In this document: positions 8,263 to 18,618 of the stretch, one piece after another
How the letters are laid out: each line of letters starts with the position of its first letter
How positions within the stretch are numbered: position 1 is the stretch's first letter
Source: Nitrospinota bacterium
GTDB taxonomy: Bacteria > Nitrospinota > Nitrospinia > Nitrospinales > VA-1
NCBI GenBank assembly: GCA_038108555.1
Contig: JAYNIA010000013.1
Location: 1-47,850 of the forward strand
Reading direction: 5' to 3'
DNA: 47,850 nt
Notes under the pieces: model-generated
The model's database searches: none
Seen by the model: only the letters and a program-made list of their open reading frames with translations
What the model was told of the DNA's origin: nothing
Position numbers and translations under genes: made by a program

Positions 8263-8628
8263 ATGAAAACCTTACATTTTAATCCCGGTGATATCGTGTT
8301 CAAGGCAGGCAGCCCAAGTGATTGCGCTTATCTGGTAGAAGCAGGAACGTTCGAGGTATACTGCTTGAATAATAATGGAGAAAAACAGGTGATCGGTGTT
8401 TTGGATCAGGATGATATTTTTGGAGAAATGGGCCTGATCGATGGCAAACCCCGGTCTGCAACGGTAAAAGCTCTTAGCAAAAGCAAGGTTACTGTTTTAT
8501 CCCAGGACTGCTTTAATTCGCTTGAAGACCTTAATCCACAAGCATTAATGCCATTATTGAAAGTTCTAACAGCACGCGTAAGAGAAGCATTTAGATTGGC
8601 CAATTTGCAAAGTCCGCACTCCATTTAA
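8263..8628 (+). CDS. Stand-alone cyclic-nucleotide-binding domain protein 4
   Basis: FGEMGLIDGKPRSATV; AGGAG RBS. Confidence 0.9.
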   Translation: MKTLHFNPGDIVFKAGSPSDCAYLVEAGTFEVYCLNNNGEKQVIGVLDQDDIFGEMGLIDGKPRSATVKALSKSKVTVLSQDCFNSLEDLNPQALMPLLKVLTARVREAFRLANLQSPHSI

Positions 8629-8903
8629 ACCCTTACTTTCCGGAATATTCCAACAGGTTTATCCACCTTCCTGCACCCCGCCCCCAAGACCCATAAGGCT
8701 ATTATTTACAAAGACTTATATTTCATATAAAATAGGCCTCGATTAAGGGTCAAGTTTATTCAAATAAAAACCGTTTTATTACCTGTAGTCCAAGATTTTA
8801 GAGCTTCGTTTTTTTAGTTTTCCATGAAAATGGAAACAAAGTAAAAAAACGATACCGCTTTAAGATGATTTTCCATGATAAAGATTTGAAAGTTCCTGTT
8901 TGA

Positions 8904-9716
8904 ATGAAAACCCTCAGTTACCAGGTACCACAATCATCGTTGAAACAGGCCGTTATTTTGGAAAATGATGAATTGGAAACCACTTTCATCAAGGGTCCCT
9001 TGAAAGGCCATCCCAAAACCTTAATAATCATACCCGCTTATAACGAAGAAAAAAATATTGGTGCTGTCCTGGATGCAATTCAGCTGAAAGCACCGGGAAT
9101 CCCTATTTTGGTAATTAATGATGGTTCGGCGGACAATACAGAAAGTGTTGCCCGCAGCCACGGTGCCAATGTTATTTCACTGCCTTTCAATTCAGGGTAT
9201 GGGGTGGCATTGCAAACCGGTTTTAAATTTGCAGCTAAAAGAAATTACGCCATTGTTATTCAAATGGACTCCGATGGACAGCATGATCCCAAAAATGTCC
9301 AGGAACTCATGAAGGAAGTGCAAAAAGATGAAGTCGACGTGGTGATCGGTTCCCGGTTTTTGGATAGAAGTTCTTACAAATCCTCTTTTGCCAGACGGGC
9401 AGGAATATTTATTTTTGGCAAAATTGCATCTTTATTCTGCGGTCACAAAGTGACCGATCCCACTTCCGGGTTTCAGGCTCTGAAGGGAAAAGCCATTCAT
9501 TTTGCCGCAAGCGATCATTATCCACCGGATTATCCCGATGCAGACTTTATTATTCTGATGCATCGTCACGGTTTGAAGGTCAAAGAAATTCCAGTCACCA
9601 TGCACGCCAGCCCCAACAAGGAATCAATGCACCAGGGGCATAAAACGATTTATTATATTTTTAAAATGTTTTTATCGATTTTTGTCACCGTGCTGAGAAA
9701 CGTATCTAAAAGGTAA
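8904..9716 (+). CDS. GT2 glycosyltransferase (DPM1/polyprenol-phosphate sugar synthase-like)
   Basis: IIIPAYNEE, INDGSADNT, MDSDGQHDP, DPTSGF; start codon uncertain. Confidence 0.9.
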   Translation: MKTLSYQVPQSSLKQAVILENDELETTFIKGPLKGHPKTLIIIPAYNEEKNIGAVLDAIQLKAPGIPILVINDGSADNTESVARSHGANVISLPFNSGYGVALQTGFKFAAKRNYAIVIQMDSDGQHDPKNVQELMKEVQKDEVDVVIGSRFLDRSSYKSSFARRAGIFIFGKIASLFCGHKVTDPTSGFQALKGKAIHFAASDHYPPDYPDADFIILMHRHGLKVKEIPVTMHASPNKESMHQGHKTIYYIFKMFLSIFVTVLRNVSKR

Positions 9717-9720
9717 AGCC

Positions 9721-10119
9721 ATGCCACCCAGAATTCAAATTATATCCATTCTGATCTGTATTTTTCTTGTCGCCTACGTTTTTGAATTAGTGAGAAGGAA
9801 ACACCTGAGCGAGGAATATTCGATGGGCTGGTTGATCACCGGAACCTCAATGCTCGCCCTGTCGGTCTCTGAAGGTTTATTGAAATGGGTTTCAGAGATG
9901 GTCGGCGCAACCTTGTTCACATCAACCTTGTTCTTTTTCGGGTTACTGTTTCTCATGGTCATTTGCCTGCATTTTTCGATTCGAATATCCGCCCTCACCA
10001 ACCAGGTCCGCAAACTGACACAAAGCATTGGGATTCTGGATCTGGAAAAGAAAAACCTGGAGAGGCAACTTAAACACCCCAACTGGCAATCCGACTCTTC
10101 CAATTTGGAGCAGCTTTGA
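9721..10119 (+). CDS. DUF2304-like small membrane protein
   Basis: Three TMs, LVRRKHLSEEYS.GW, C-terminal coiled tail, located just after a DPM1-like GT2. Confidence 0.75.
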   Translation: MPPRIQIISILICIFLVAYVFELVRRKHLSEEYSMGWLITGTSMLALSVSEGLLKWVSEMVGATLFTSTLFFFGLLFLMVICLHFSIRISALTNQVRKLTQSIGILDLEKKNLERQLKHPNWQSDSSNLEQL

Positions 10120-11251
10120 AGGTTTTACGCACTATAGAAAGTTTCTTACCTTATATCTGCGGTCCCGTTAATCAGGCATTTCAAATTTCCGATCGGCTTG
10201 AGGCAAAAGGAATCTCATCTCCGGTCTATACAACCTATTCAGATGTATCCCCAGAACTCCCAAAACACGAAAAACTAGGTCGAGTCGATATCCACCGATT
10301 CAAATCCCAGTTTAATATTATGCGCTATATCGTGAGTGCAGGAATGCTGCCGCATTTAAAAAACTTCGACATCCTGCATAGTCATAACTACCGGAACTTT
10401 CAAACCGACAGTGGTTTTTTTTTGCACTCATTAGAAACAAACCATTCGTTTTAAACACTCACGGATCACTTTTAGGGTTTAAAAACTACCTACCTTCCCT
10501 GTCGCAAAGATTTCCCTATCACCTTTATGATGCAATTACTTTAAAGGCCTCTTCTAAGGGGGCACAGGCCATAATTGTTTCTTCCAAGTTGGAATATGAA
10601 GATGCTGTGGAGTTTGGAATTGCAAAGGAAAAAATACATATCATTCCTATGGGGATTGATGTAGAGACGGTTGCCAAAGACCAAAACACTTCGGAAAAAT
10701 TGCAAATCTTATTTGTGGGCCGAATTGCCCGGGTTAGACGCATAGAACTTTTGATCCAGGCCGTGAATCAATTAAGCTCTCCCTTTCATCTCACCATTGT
10801 GGGAGGGGAAGAAAAAACCAGCAGCGTAACCCGATCAGGATACCTAGATGAGTTGAAACAGCTTGCAAAGCAACTCAATCTTGAAAACAAAATATCATTT
10901 GTCGGCAAAAAAAATCCGGCGGAGCTAAAAACCTTTTACAATTCGGCAGATATTTTTGTTTATCCCTCCCAATATGAAAATTTTGGACAACCCCTCCTGG
11001 AAGCAGCCGCGCATGGATTGCCCCTGATTTCCACCCCGGTAGGAATTGCGAAAGATGTTGTCATTGATGGGGAAACGGGATACCAGGTTTCCGGAAAACC
11101 CGAAGAAATTTGTGACCGGATTGGATTGTTAAAAGACGCTAACATGAGAGCTCAAATGGGCAGCAAGATCCAGGAAGAAATAAAAAACAGATTTGACTGG
11201 AATATTATTATGGAACAATATACTGATCTGTACAGTTCTTTATCGAAATAA
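10116..11251 (+). pseudogene. GT4 glycosyltransferase split by a single-base frameshift at a T9 run (10415-10423); phase-variable gene or sequencing error
   Basis: N-half 10116-10454 (DILHSHNY) and C-half 10589-11251 (FVGRI, ENFGQPLLEA). Adding one T joins them through GFFFALIRNKPFVLNTHGSL...SSKLEYED with no stop codon. Confidence 0.85.
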
Positions 11252-11255
11252 TTCC

Positions 11256-11942
11256 ATGCCTGAATCCTTCGACTCTTATTCCAAAAACTACAACGAACTG
11301 GTGAATGATGCCATTCGTCAAACGGGTTATGATGCGGACAACCTTGTAACTGCCAAACTAAAAAAGCTGCAAGGACTTTTTCCTTCCCTATCCGAACAAC
11401 CGTTTCACTTTCTTGATTTTGGGTGTGGAATCGGAAATCTTTTTGGACAGATCAAAAAGTTTTTCCCCAACGTAATTTACACTGGCGTAGACCCTTCCAA
11501 AGATTCGATTTCACAGGCCCGTTCCCGTTTTCCAAATAACAAAAATTTTCTGGAACACGATTCTCCGGAGTGGAAAAATCAGAAATATGATCTCATTTTC
11601 TCTGCGGGGGTCTTTCATCACATCCCGCATAAGGAGCATGGTTTAATAATCGAAAAACTTTCTACACTGTTGAATCAAGAGGGAAGATTAGTGATCTGGG
11701 AACACAATCCTATAAATCCAGTGACTCAAAAGATTGTCAGGGATTGTCCGTTCGATGATGATGCCGTGCTGGTCCCATCGAAAAAACTATTTGAGCATTT
11801 TAACCGTGTTTCCTTATCCAAAGTTCAAATTATCTACACAACTTTTTTCCCAAAATTTTTGTCTGCACTGAATTTTATGGATCCCTACCTGGGCTGGCTA
11901 CCACTTGGAGGACAGTACTTAATCAAAGGCCAAAAAACCTAA
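11256..11942 (+). CDS. Class I SAM-dependent methyltransferase
   Basis: FLDFGCGIG, GVDPS, GVFHHIP, EHNP.NP. Confidence 0.88.
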   Translation: MPESFDSYSKNYNELVNDAIRQTGYDADNLVTAKLKKLQGLFPSLSEQPFHFLDFGCGIGNLFGQIKKFFPNVIYTGVDPSKDSISQARSRFPNNKNFLEHDSPEWKNQKYDLIFSAGVFHHIPHKEHGLIIEKLSTLLNQEGRLVIWEHNPINPVTQKIVRDCPFDDDAVLVPSKKLFEHFNRVSLSKVQIIYTTFFPKFLSALNFMDPYLGWLPLGGQYLIKGQKT

Positions 11943-12823
11943 CTTGCCTTGATTCGATAAGACAAAAGCCCTTCTTCAATTTTCCTGGGGTTAAAAGCAA
12001 TAACCGCTTTCGTTGCATCGAGGCTTCGGTCTTTATCGCATAAGAGCCGGGGAACCTGATCAGAAAATGCCAATTTGGATTGGAAAACTGATAGAAACGC
12101 AATAACTCCTTTGACGAACCAAATTGGCAAATGAACTTTTCTTCGTCGGACATTTTGATTTAACGACAACCGATCGATAACTTCGTTCATTGTCATCACC
12201 TCCGGTCCGCATAAATTGAGTGATTTTTCCGTCAAAGAATTATTCTTTAAAACCTCTACAATGGCTTGAATCACATCATCAACATATACGGGACTCATGA
12301 GGTAGGAACCATCACCAATAACAGGAATTACAGGGAATCTTCTAACCCATTCCATTAATTTTCCAATCCCCTCATCCATTTTGGGTCCATACACCTCCGA
12401 AGGCCTCAGGATCACCCAATCTTGCATCGCATTTCGAACTTTTTCCTCTGCTCGCAGTTTACTCAAACCATACCCCCCGCCCGACTCAGATGCCGCCGAA
12501 GAACTGATAAAAATAAACCGCTTTACGTTGTTGCTCAGGCAAGCTCTTACTAGATTTTCAGTTCCCGTTTCATTGACTTCAAAATATGCTTTTGGCGAAT
12601 TGGAATGTGTTAAAGCTGCCATATGAATGACCCCATCCATTCCAGAGCATGCCCGCTCCAGGCTTTCGGAATCCTGAATATTACCCTTAACGGTTTCACA
12701 CCCTTCAATTTTCACTGGAGAATGATGTTCAAGAAGGCGAAGGGAAAATCCACCTGTTTTCAGGAGTTCTGAGGCAAGGTTTTTTCCAAGAGTACTGGAA
12801 GCTCCAGTGATGAGAAGTTTCAT
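11939..12823 (-). CDS. NAD-dependent epimerase/dehydratase
   Basis: LITGASSTLG, VIHMAA, YGLSK, LRPSEVYGP. Confidence 0.88.
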   Translation of the reverse strand: MKLLITGASSTLGKNLASELLKTGGFSLRLLEHHSPVKIEGCETVKGNIQDSESLERACSGMDGVIHMAALTHSNSPKAYFEVNETGTENLVRACLSNNVKRFIFISSSAASESGGGYGLSKLRAEEKVRNAMQDWVILRPSEVYGPKMDEGIGKLMEWVRRFPVIPVIGDGSYLMSPVYVDDVIQAIVEVLKNNSLTEKSLNLCGPEVMTMNEVIDRLSLNQNVRRRKVHLPIWFVKGVIAFLSVFQSKLAFSDQVPRLLCDKDRSLDATKAVIAFNPRKIEEGLLSYRIKAS

Positions 12824-12838
12824 AAAAACAACCAAAGG

Positions 12839-13558
12839 TTATTTTTTGGCAATAAATTCTTTGATTCGATAGGTAAAAAGGTTTCCTAGAAACTCAAGAA
12901 TCGAAAGCGGTTTTACAAAGGAAGGTCGGGTATCCATACTATGGAAAACGGTTTCAAGTTCCCCTATTTTAGCATTCAACCGTCTCGCTAAAATCATAAT
13001 TTCCGCATCAATGAACCAACCATTGGATTCCAGGGATATTTTGTCATAGAAATCTCTGGTGAAAACCTTGGGCTTGGAATTCATATCCCAAGAGTTAATT
13101 CCGGGGAACAAAAGTTTAAATAAAATATTGTAAACCACAGAAATCAGTCTTCTGTACGATCCGTCATTCCTTTTCTTACGGAAGGTTTTTGCAAGATCCA
13201 AATGATTTGACTTTAATAATTGGTAGACCCGAACCACATCTTCACTTGGCATCTGCCCATCGCCGTCGATGACTGCCAGAACCTGACCTGTGGTGGCCTC
13301 CAGCCCTGTTTTCATATCCCAGCCCATCATGCCCTTTTTGATTTCAGCAACCGCCTTGATACGCGGATTCTCCTCTGCAATTTTTTTAACCACGTCCGGA
13401 GTCTGGTCCCCAATTCCTTCAAAGTAGTTGCCCACCAGGACAATTTCCCACAACAATTTTTCCTTCTCCAGAGAGTCGATGAGGGAGTTCACGAAGCTTT
13501 CTATGGTTTCCGCGCTTCGATAGGCTAAAACCACTACAGATAATTCAGGAGCATCCAT
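12839..13558 (-). CDS. GT2 glycosyltransferase (DPM1-like)
   Basis: LSVVVLAY, IDGDGQ, DMNSKPK, WFIDAEI. Confidence 0.85.
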   Translation of the reverse strand: MDAPELSVVVLAYRSAETIESFVNSLIDSLEKEKLLWEIVLVGNYFEGIGDQTPDVVKKIAEENPRIKAVAEIKKGMMGWDMKTGLEATTGQVLAVIDGDGQMPSEDVVRVYQLLKSNHLDLAKTFRKKRNDGSYRRLISVVYNILFKLLFPGINSWDMNSKPKVFTRDFYDKISLESNGWFIDAEIMILARRLNAKIGELETVFHSMDTRPSFVKPLSILEFLGNLFTYRIKEFIAKK

Positions 13559-13672
13559 TATTTTGACAATTTTTAGCTAATATCAGGGATTTTAAAAGCC
13601 GATAAATCTAAAGAGGCGATCATACCATATCATAGGGCTGCTTATTATCTAACCGCATAATCCCCTGCTATT

Positions 13673-15403
13673 ATGAAAGAACAGGTTTCGGACCAAGTTT
13701 TGCTCCAGCCAGAACAAAGTCTTGAGTATAATAACGAAAAAGGGCTTTTTACTTACCTGACGACAGGGTTTCGCAAAGTGACCTCCATTCGGCTTTTTTT
13801 CAAGTCTCACCTGGCTATCGCCCTACTCCTTCCCTTCTCATTCCTGATCATTTTTACCGGCCTGGATGATAGCGTTTTACAGGTAGATGAGGGCGCGGAC
13901 ACTTTCATTTCAACGACAATTCTGAAGCATGGTTTACCAATGCACTCCGATGGATTTAACCACACCATGCTTTACGCTGATATTTTTGATGGCATTTTTA
14001 TATACAGGACCTGGATACCCTACTACATCCAGGCCGCATCATTTTATTTTCTGGGGCAAAATACTTTTGCGGCCCGACTTCCCTTTGCGCTAGCTGGCCT
14101 GTTTTCCATCCTCGCCTTGTATCATTTGGCCCTTCGCCTGACAAAGGAAAAATCTGTAGCGATTTTTGCTGCCACTCTTTTAGCTACAAGCGTACCAGCA
14201 TTACTTTATTTTAGGACATCGCGCTATGTTGCTATTCCAATATTATTGACACCGATCTTGCTTTTATTTTATCTCGACTTGTTTGACAAGAAAAAATGGA
14301 ATCCTGTTCCATTCACAGCCACTTCTATTATTTTTTTTCATACCATGTATGTCGAATTTGCAGGCCTGATAATGGGACTATTGTTTCACCTGTATATTTT
14401 CAGAAAGAATGTGGAACCGGAAAACTTAAAGCGGATTAAATTCCCCGCTTTTATAACTGCAATTTCATGTTTACCCTGGTTGCTTTTTATCCCCACCCTT
14501 TCGGAACGAATATCCGAATTTTATACTTCTACAAGCCTCTTGATTGACACCACGCATCTGGGATTCTTTAAACATTTCGCGGGTTTCTTTTTTCAAATAA
14601 ACAACTATATTTTTCCGCTAATACTGGTGCCTTTTCTTATCCTATGCCCTTTAAAAAAATTCGGCAGAGAAGTTTCCCTTTTACTTATTTCCATTTTTGC
14701 TATCGTCTTAGTCGCTTCACTTCATTCGATTCCATTGTTACAATACATTTCCGCAAGCATTCCCCTTTTGTTTGTACTTTTGGGATGGATTATTTTTTAT
14801 CTGTTTAAGACATCTATCGTTCGCCAGGTATTATTTACGGCAATTATGATATTTACCAATGCGATTCACGTGGGACCTTTGGTTCCTGTTAGAGAATTGC
14901 TCGCTCCACTTACGAATCCTTCACCATCCAGCATTTATTTGCAGGGCATCCACGAGACGTTTATGCGGGAGGTGCAATTTAAATCCGTTTTTTTTCAATA
15001 CTGGCGCGAACTTGCCAATCCTTATCAAGGCCCATTGGATAAAATAGTTTCCTACTTTGAAACCCATGGGAAAAACGGGGAAACATGTTATATTGACAAC
15101 GAATTGGAGTCTTTGACTTTTTATACCGGGTTTAAGATGATCCATAACAGCGAACTCAACAAACAAAGCAAACCCGATTGGATTGTTTTAAGAGGAGACC
15201 AATGGAATCACCGGTCAGAAAAAAAAACAGGATCGGTTAAAGATAAACTAAGCTACATTCTTAGTGCAAATGAGTATGAGCATATTGAATTAAATGCCCC
15301 GGTAAAAAGAATCAACAATTCCTACGAAGTCCAGATACACCTTTTCCAGTCTCCCTCTTCCACCGACAAGGTAAATATTTTTCGTCGCATCAGCAAAACC
15401 TAA
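13673..15403 (+). CDS. GT-C fold (ArnT/PMT, GT39/83-like) membrane glycosyltransferase
   Basis: Polytopic; DE motif (QVDEG) after TM1; FAARLPFAL; R..RY; soluble C-terminal domain. Confidence 0.8.
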   Translation: MKEQVSDQVLLQPEQSLEYNNEKGLFTYLTTGFRKVTSIRLFFKSHLAIALLLPFSFLIIFTGLDDSVLQVDEGADTFISTTILKHGLPMHSDGFNHTMLYADIFDGIFIYRTWIPYYIQAASFYFLGQNTFAARLPFALAGLFSILALYHLALRLTKEKSVAIFAATLLATSVPALLYFRTSRYVAIPILLTPILLLFYLDLFDKKKWNPVPFTATSIIFFHTMYVEFAGLIMGLLFHLYIFRKNVEPENLKRIKFPAFITAISCLPWLLFIPTLSERISEFYTSTSLLIDTTHLGFFKHFAGFFFQINNYIFPLILVPFLILCPLKKFGREVSLLLISIFAIVLVASLHSIPLLQYISASIPLLFVLLGWIIFYLFKTSIVRQVLFTAIMIFTNAIHVGPLVPVRELLAPLTNPSPSSIYLQGIHETFMREVQFKSVFFQYWRELANPYQGPLDKIVSYFETHGKNGETCYIDNELESLTFYTGFKMIHNSELNKQSKPDWIVLRGDQWNHRSEKKTGSVKDKLSYILSANEYEHIELNAPVKRINNSYEVQIHLFQSPSSTDKVNIFRRISKT

Positions 15404-15418
15404 AACACTCGAGATCCC

Positions 15419-16351
15419 GTGAAATTAATTATTCAAATTCCCTGTTTAAATGAAGAACACACACTTCCCCAAACCCTGGCTGACCTGCCAAAAGAAATTG
15501 AAGGTGTGGACAGCATCGAGATCCTTGTCATCGACGATGGAAGCACGGACAAAACGGTAGAAGTGGCCCGCAACCATGGCGTCCACCATATTCTTCGCTT
15601 CACCAACAATAAAGGACTTGCAAAAGCTTTCATCGCGGGAATTAATGAATCCATCAAGCTTGACGGGGATATCATTGTTAACACCGATGCAGACAATCAA
15701 TATTATGGCGGCGACATTCCCAAATTGATCGAGCCTATTTTAAAAAAAGAGGCCGATATCGTTGTGGGAGACAGGCAGGTTGAAACCATACGCCATTTCT
15801 CACCCATAAAAATATTCCTTCAAAAATTTGGAAGTTGGGTGGTCAGACAACTTTCCAGCACTGAAATTCCAGATGCCACCAGTGGATTTCGTGCCTATAG
15901 CCGGGATGCAGCCCTTCAGCTAAATGTTGTTTCAGATTTCACCTATACCATTGAAACAATCATCAGCGCTGGCAAGAAGAACCTGGCTATTACTCATGTA
16001 CCCGTAAAAACCAACAAAAAATTACGCGAATCCAGACTGTTTCCCAGCATCAGGGTATATTTAAAAAGATCCCTGGTTACGATGCTGAAGGTTTATTCAA
16101 TGTATCGTCCGTTAAAAATTTTCACCATAGCGGGAGGCATTTCTTTTCTATTGGGATTTGCTATCGGCTGCCGCTACCTTTTTTTCTTCTTTATGGGACA
16201 AACCGAAGGGCATGTTCAATCCCTGATTTTATCAGCCATCTTATTGATCGTTGGTTTCCAGATAATCATGATGGGAATTGCCGCAGAGCTCATCTCGGTT
16301 AACCGACAGCTTTTGGAAGATATCCAACTAAGAATAAAAAAGAAGGAATAG
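15419..16351 (+). CDS. GT2 glycosyltransferase with two C-terminal TMs (GtrB/DPM1-like)
   Basis: IQIPCLNEE, IDDGSTDKT, NTDADNQY, DATSGFRAY. Confidence 0.9.
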   Translation: MKLIIQIPCLNEEHTLPQTLADLPKEIEGVDSIEILVIDDGSTDKTVEVARNHGVHHILRFTNNKGLAKAFIAGINESIKLDGDIIVNTDADNQYYGGDIPKLIEPILKKEADIVVGDRQVETIRHFSPIKIFLQKFGSWVVRQLSSTEIPDATSGFRAYSRDAALQLNVVSDFTYTIETIISAGKKNLAITHVPVKTNKKLRESRLFPSIRVYLKRSLVTMLKVYSMYRPLKIFTIAGGISFLLGFAIGCRYLFFFFMGQTEGHVQSLILSAILLIVGFQIIMMGIAAELISVNRQLLEDIQLRIKKKE

Positions 16352-16402
16352 ATTCAAAAACACTCCCACAGCTTTATCGTCTCCTTCAATTCACAGGACC
16401 CA

Positions 16403-17650
16403 ATGACAAACAAGTCATCCGAAAAAATTCGGGTTTTAGTTATTGCCACCACATTCCCCAGATGGGAAAACGACCAAGAGCCCCGCTTTGTTTTTGATCT
16501 GTGCCGAAACCTTCCAAAAGAAGCAGACATTCATGTTTTAGCCCCTCATGCTCCGGGAACAAAGGAAGAGGAAATCTGGGAAGGAATGAAAATTACCCGT
16601 TTCCCCTATTTCTTCCCTAAAAATCTGCAAAAGCTTTGCTACGATGGCGGAATCATTCCAAAACTGAAATCCAGTTGGCTGGCGCGGCTGCAACTTCCAT
16701 TTTTCCTGATTGCCTTGTTTCTGAACCTGCTAAAAATCACGAGCCAACACAAGTTTGACTTGATCCATTGTCATTGGGTCATTCCACAGGGATTTTTTTG
16801 CGCCTTCATAAAATTATTTCGAAACATTCCCTATCTGTTAACCGCTCACGGAGGAGATGTCTACTCCTTTAAAGGCATCCCGGGAATCAAAACATTTATC
16901 AAGTTTGCTTTAAAGCATTCTGAAGGATGCACCGTTAATAGCCAGGCCACTCGGGATCAAATTTTGAAGTCACAACGAAATGCTAACGTAAAAATTGTCC
17001 CTATGGGAGTTGACTTGAGCCAGTTTCATAAAGGCAATTTCAATCAGGAGATTAAAAATTCCATGAGACCCGACAACCTTTTATTGCTTGGAGTCGGTCG
17101 CCTTGCAGAAAAAAAGGGTTTTAATTATTTGATCGAAGCCATGCCCCAAATCATCAAGAAAATCCCAAACGTACGACTCATCATAATCGGATTTGGCCCA
17201 CAAAAGGAAAAATTGGAAAAACAGGTGCAAGAACTTAATCTCGAATCATATGTTTCCCTGATTGGAGGAAAAACCGGGAAGGAACTGAGGGACTGGTTTG
17301 CAACCGCAGATATTTTCATTGGTCCGTCCATCATCACTGCCGATGGAGATACAGAGGGCCAGGGGGTCGTATTTCTTGAAGCGATGGCTTCAGGAACACC
17401 GGTTATAGCGTCAGATGTAGGAGGGATCAAAGACGTGGTTCGAGATGGGCACAGTGGGCTTCTAGTCCCGGGAAAAAATCCCCAGGCCATTGCGGACAGA
17501 ACCGTTGAATTGGCAAACAACAAAGAATTGCAGGAAACGTTAATTCAAAATGCTATTGAACTGGCGAATTCGGGTTATTCCTGGGAACGTTCGGCACAGA
17601 CCTTTTTCAACCTCTACCAGGAAGCCATCGCAAAAAAGCCGATGGAATAA
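16403..17650 (+). CDS. GT4 glycosyltransferase
   Basis: IHCHW, TAHGGD, GVGRLAEKKG, EGQGVVFLEAMASG. Confidence 0.92.
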   Translation: MTNKSSEKIRVLVIATTFPRWENDQEPRFVFDLCRNLPKEADIHVLAPHAPGTKEEEIWEGMKITRFPYFFPKNLQKLCYDGGIIPKLKSSWLARLQLPFFLIALFLNLLKITSQHKFDLIHCHWVIPQGFFCAFIKLFRNIPYLLTAHGGDVYSFKGIPGIKTFIKFALKHSEGCTVNSQATRDQILKSQRNANVKIVPMGVDLSQFHKGNFNQEIKNSMRPDNLLLLGVGRLAEKKGFNYLIEAMPQIIKKIPNVRLIIIGFGPQKEKLEKQVQELNLESYVSLIGGKTGKELRDWFATADIFIGPSIITADGDTEGQGVVFLEAMASGTPVIASDVGGIKDVVRDGHSGLLVPGKNPQAIADRTVELANNKELQETLIQNAIELANSGYSWERSAQTFFNLYQEAIAKKPME

Positions 17651-17672
17651 ATTCAGACACTCAAATTCCCCT

Positions 17673-18611
17673 ATGCCTTCGAAGTTGAATAATCTATTTA
17701 AAATTGCGGTTACCGGGATAATGATATTTATCCTGGGATCCCTGGTTGCAAAATACAGGGATGAGTTGACTCATCTGAAAAATATTTCTCCCGCACAATT
17801 TGCTCTCATTACTATTTTGATCGTTGGGTCTATCATTATCAATGGAATGAAACTGAGGTCTTTGGCCGGATCTTTCAAAATCAAATTGACCGGCAGGGAA
17901 ACACTTGGGCTTTCTTCCATCACCACATCCCTGAATAACTTCTTTTTTAAAGCGGGGTCTCTGTTTACCTCCAACTATCTTAAAAAGCGCTACGAATTCC
18001 CATTCATGTCCTTTGCTGGGTCCCAGGGTGCGGATGTATTAATATCGTTTTTCATAAATGCATTTATCGGACTCGCAATTTCCGTTTTTTACTTACTTAC
18101 GAAGAAAGGTGTTTTTATAACCCTGGCCCTTGGATATCTATCTATTGTTATTGTTCTCGGATTAATTTTCTCCAAAACGTTCGACCTGCAACACCGACCC
18201 AATAAATATCTCAATGCCCTGATCAGGGCTATCAATTCCCTCTACAGAATTTTGAAAAACAAAAAACTGTTTTTCACTCTTTGTTTATTCAATATACTCA
18301 TCGTAACCTTGAACACTTTGAGATTCTTTCTGGTTTGCAAAGTACTGGGCGTGGACATTCCTATTGGATATTGTTTGCTTTTTATTTCCCTTCTTCCTTT
18401 TATTTCCACATTACCCTTTTTCCAAAGCGACATTGGGACCCGGGAGTTGATCTTGGGAGTATTTTCCCAATGGCTGGGGGCGGGTTTTGAGGCAGGAATG
18501 CTGGCTACTCTTTTAGACCGTTGCTTTATCGTTTTTACTGCGGTAATTATTTCCCTGTTCTTTCAAAATCTAATGACAGGCATTAATTTGAAAAGCGCAA
18601 TGGAAGATTAA
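17673..18611 (+). CDS. LPG-synthase-TM (UPF0104/AglD2-like) flippase-type membrane protein
   Basis: Polytopic; N.FFKAG, IGTRE, LDR near the C-terminus; located in a glycosylation cluster. Confidence 0.7.
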   Translation: MPSKLNNLFKIAVTGIMIFILGSLVAKYRDELTHLKNISPAQFALITILIVGSIIINGMKLRSLAGSFKIKLTGRETLGLSSITTSLNNFFFKAGSLFTSNYLKKRYEFPFMSFAGSQGADVLISFFINAFIGLAISVFYLLTKKGVFITLALGYLSIVIVLGLIFSKTFDLQHRPNKYLNALIRAINSLYRILKNKKLFFTLCLFNILIVTLNTLRFFLVCKVLGVDIPIGYCLLFISLLPFISTLPFFQSDIGTRELILGVFSQWLGAGFEAGMLATLLDRCFIVFTAVIISLFFQNLMTGINLKSAMED

Positions 18612-18618
18612 AGGGTTA

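Noticed and set aside
7008..8628. Recurring DNA motif GGAGAAATGGGCCTGAT at about 400-bp spacing as a possible repeat array or CRISPR
   Set aside because: It is the coding sequence of the conserved GEMGLI motif in the paralogous CNB genes
7008..8628. CRP/FNR transcription factors, or a Pycsar/CBASS-type defence system
   Set aside because: There are no HTH domains, no cyclase or CD-NTase, and no TM or TIR effector fused or adjacent
14331..16185. Other T8 runs inside glycosyltransferase genes as phase-variation switches
   Set aside because: The genes are in frame, and such runs are common in this AT-rich sequence
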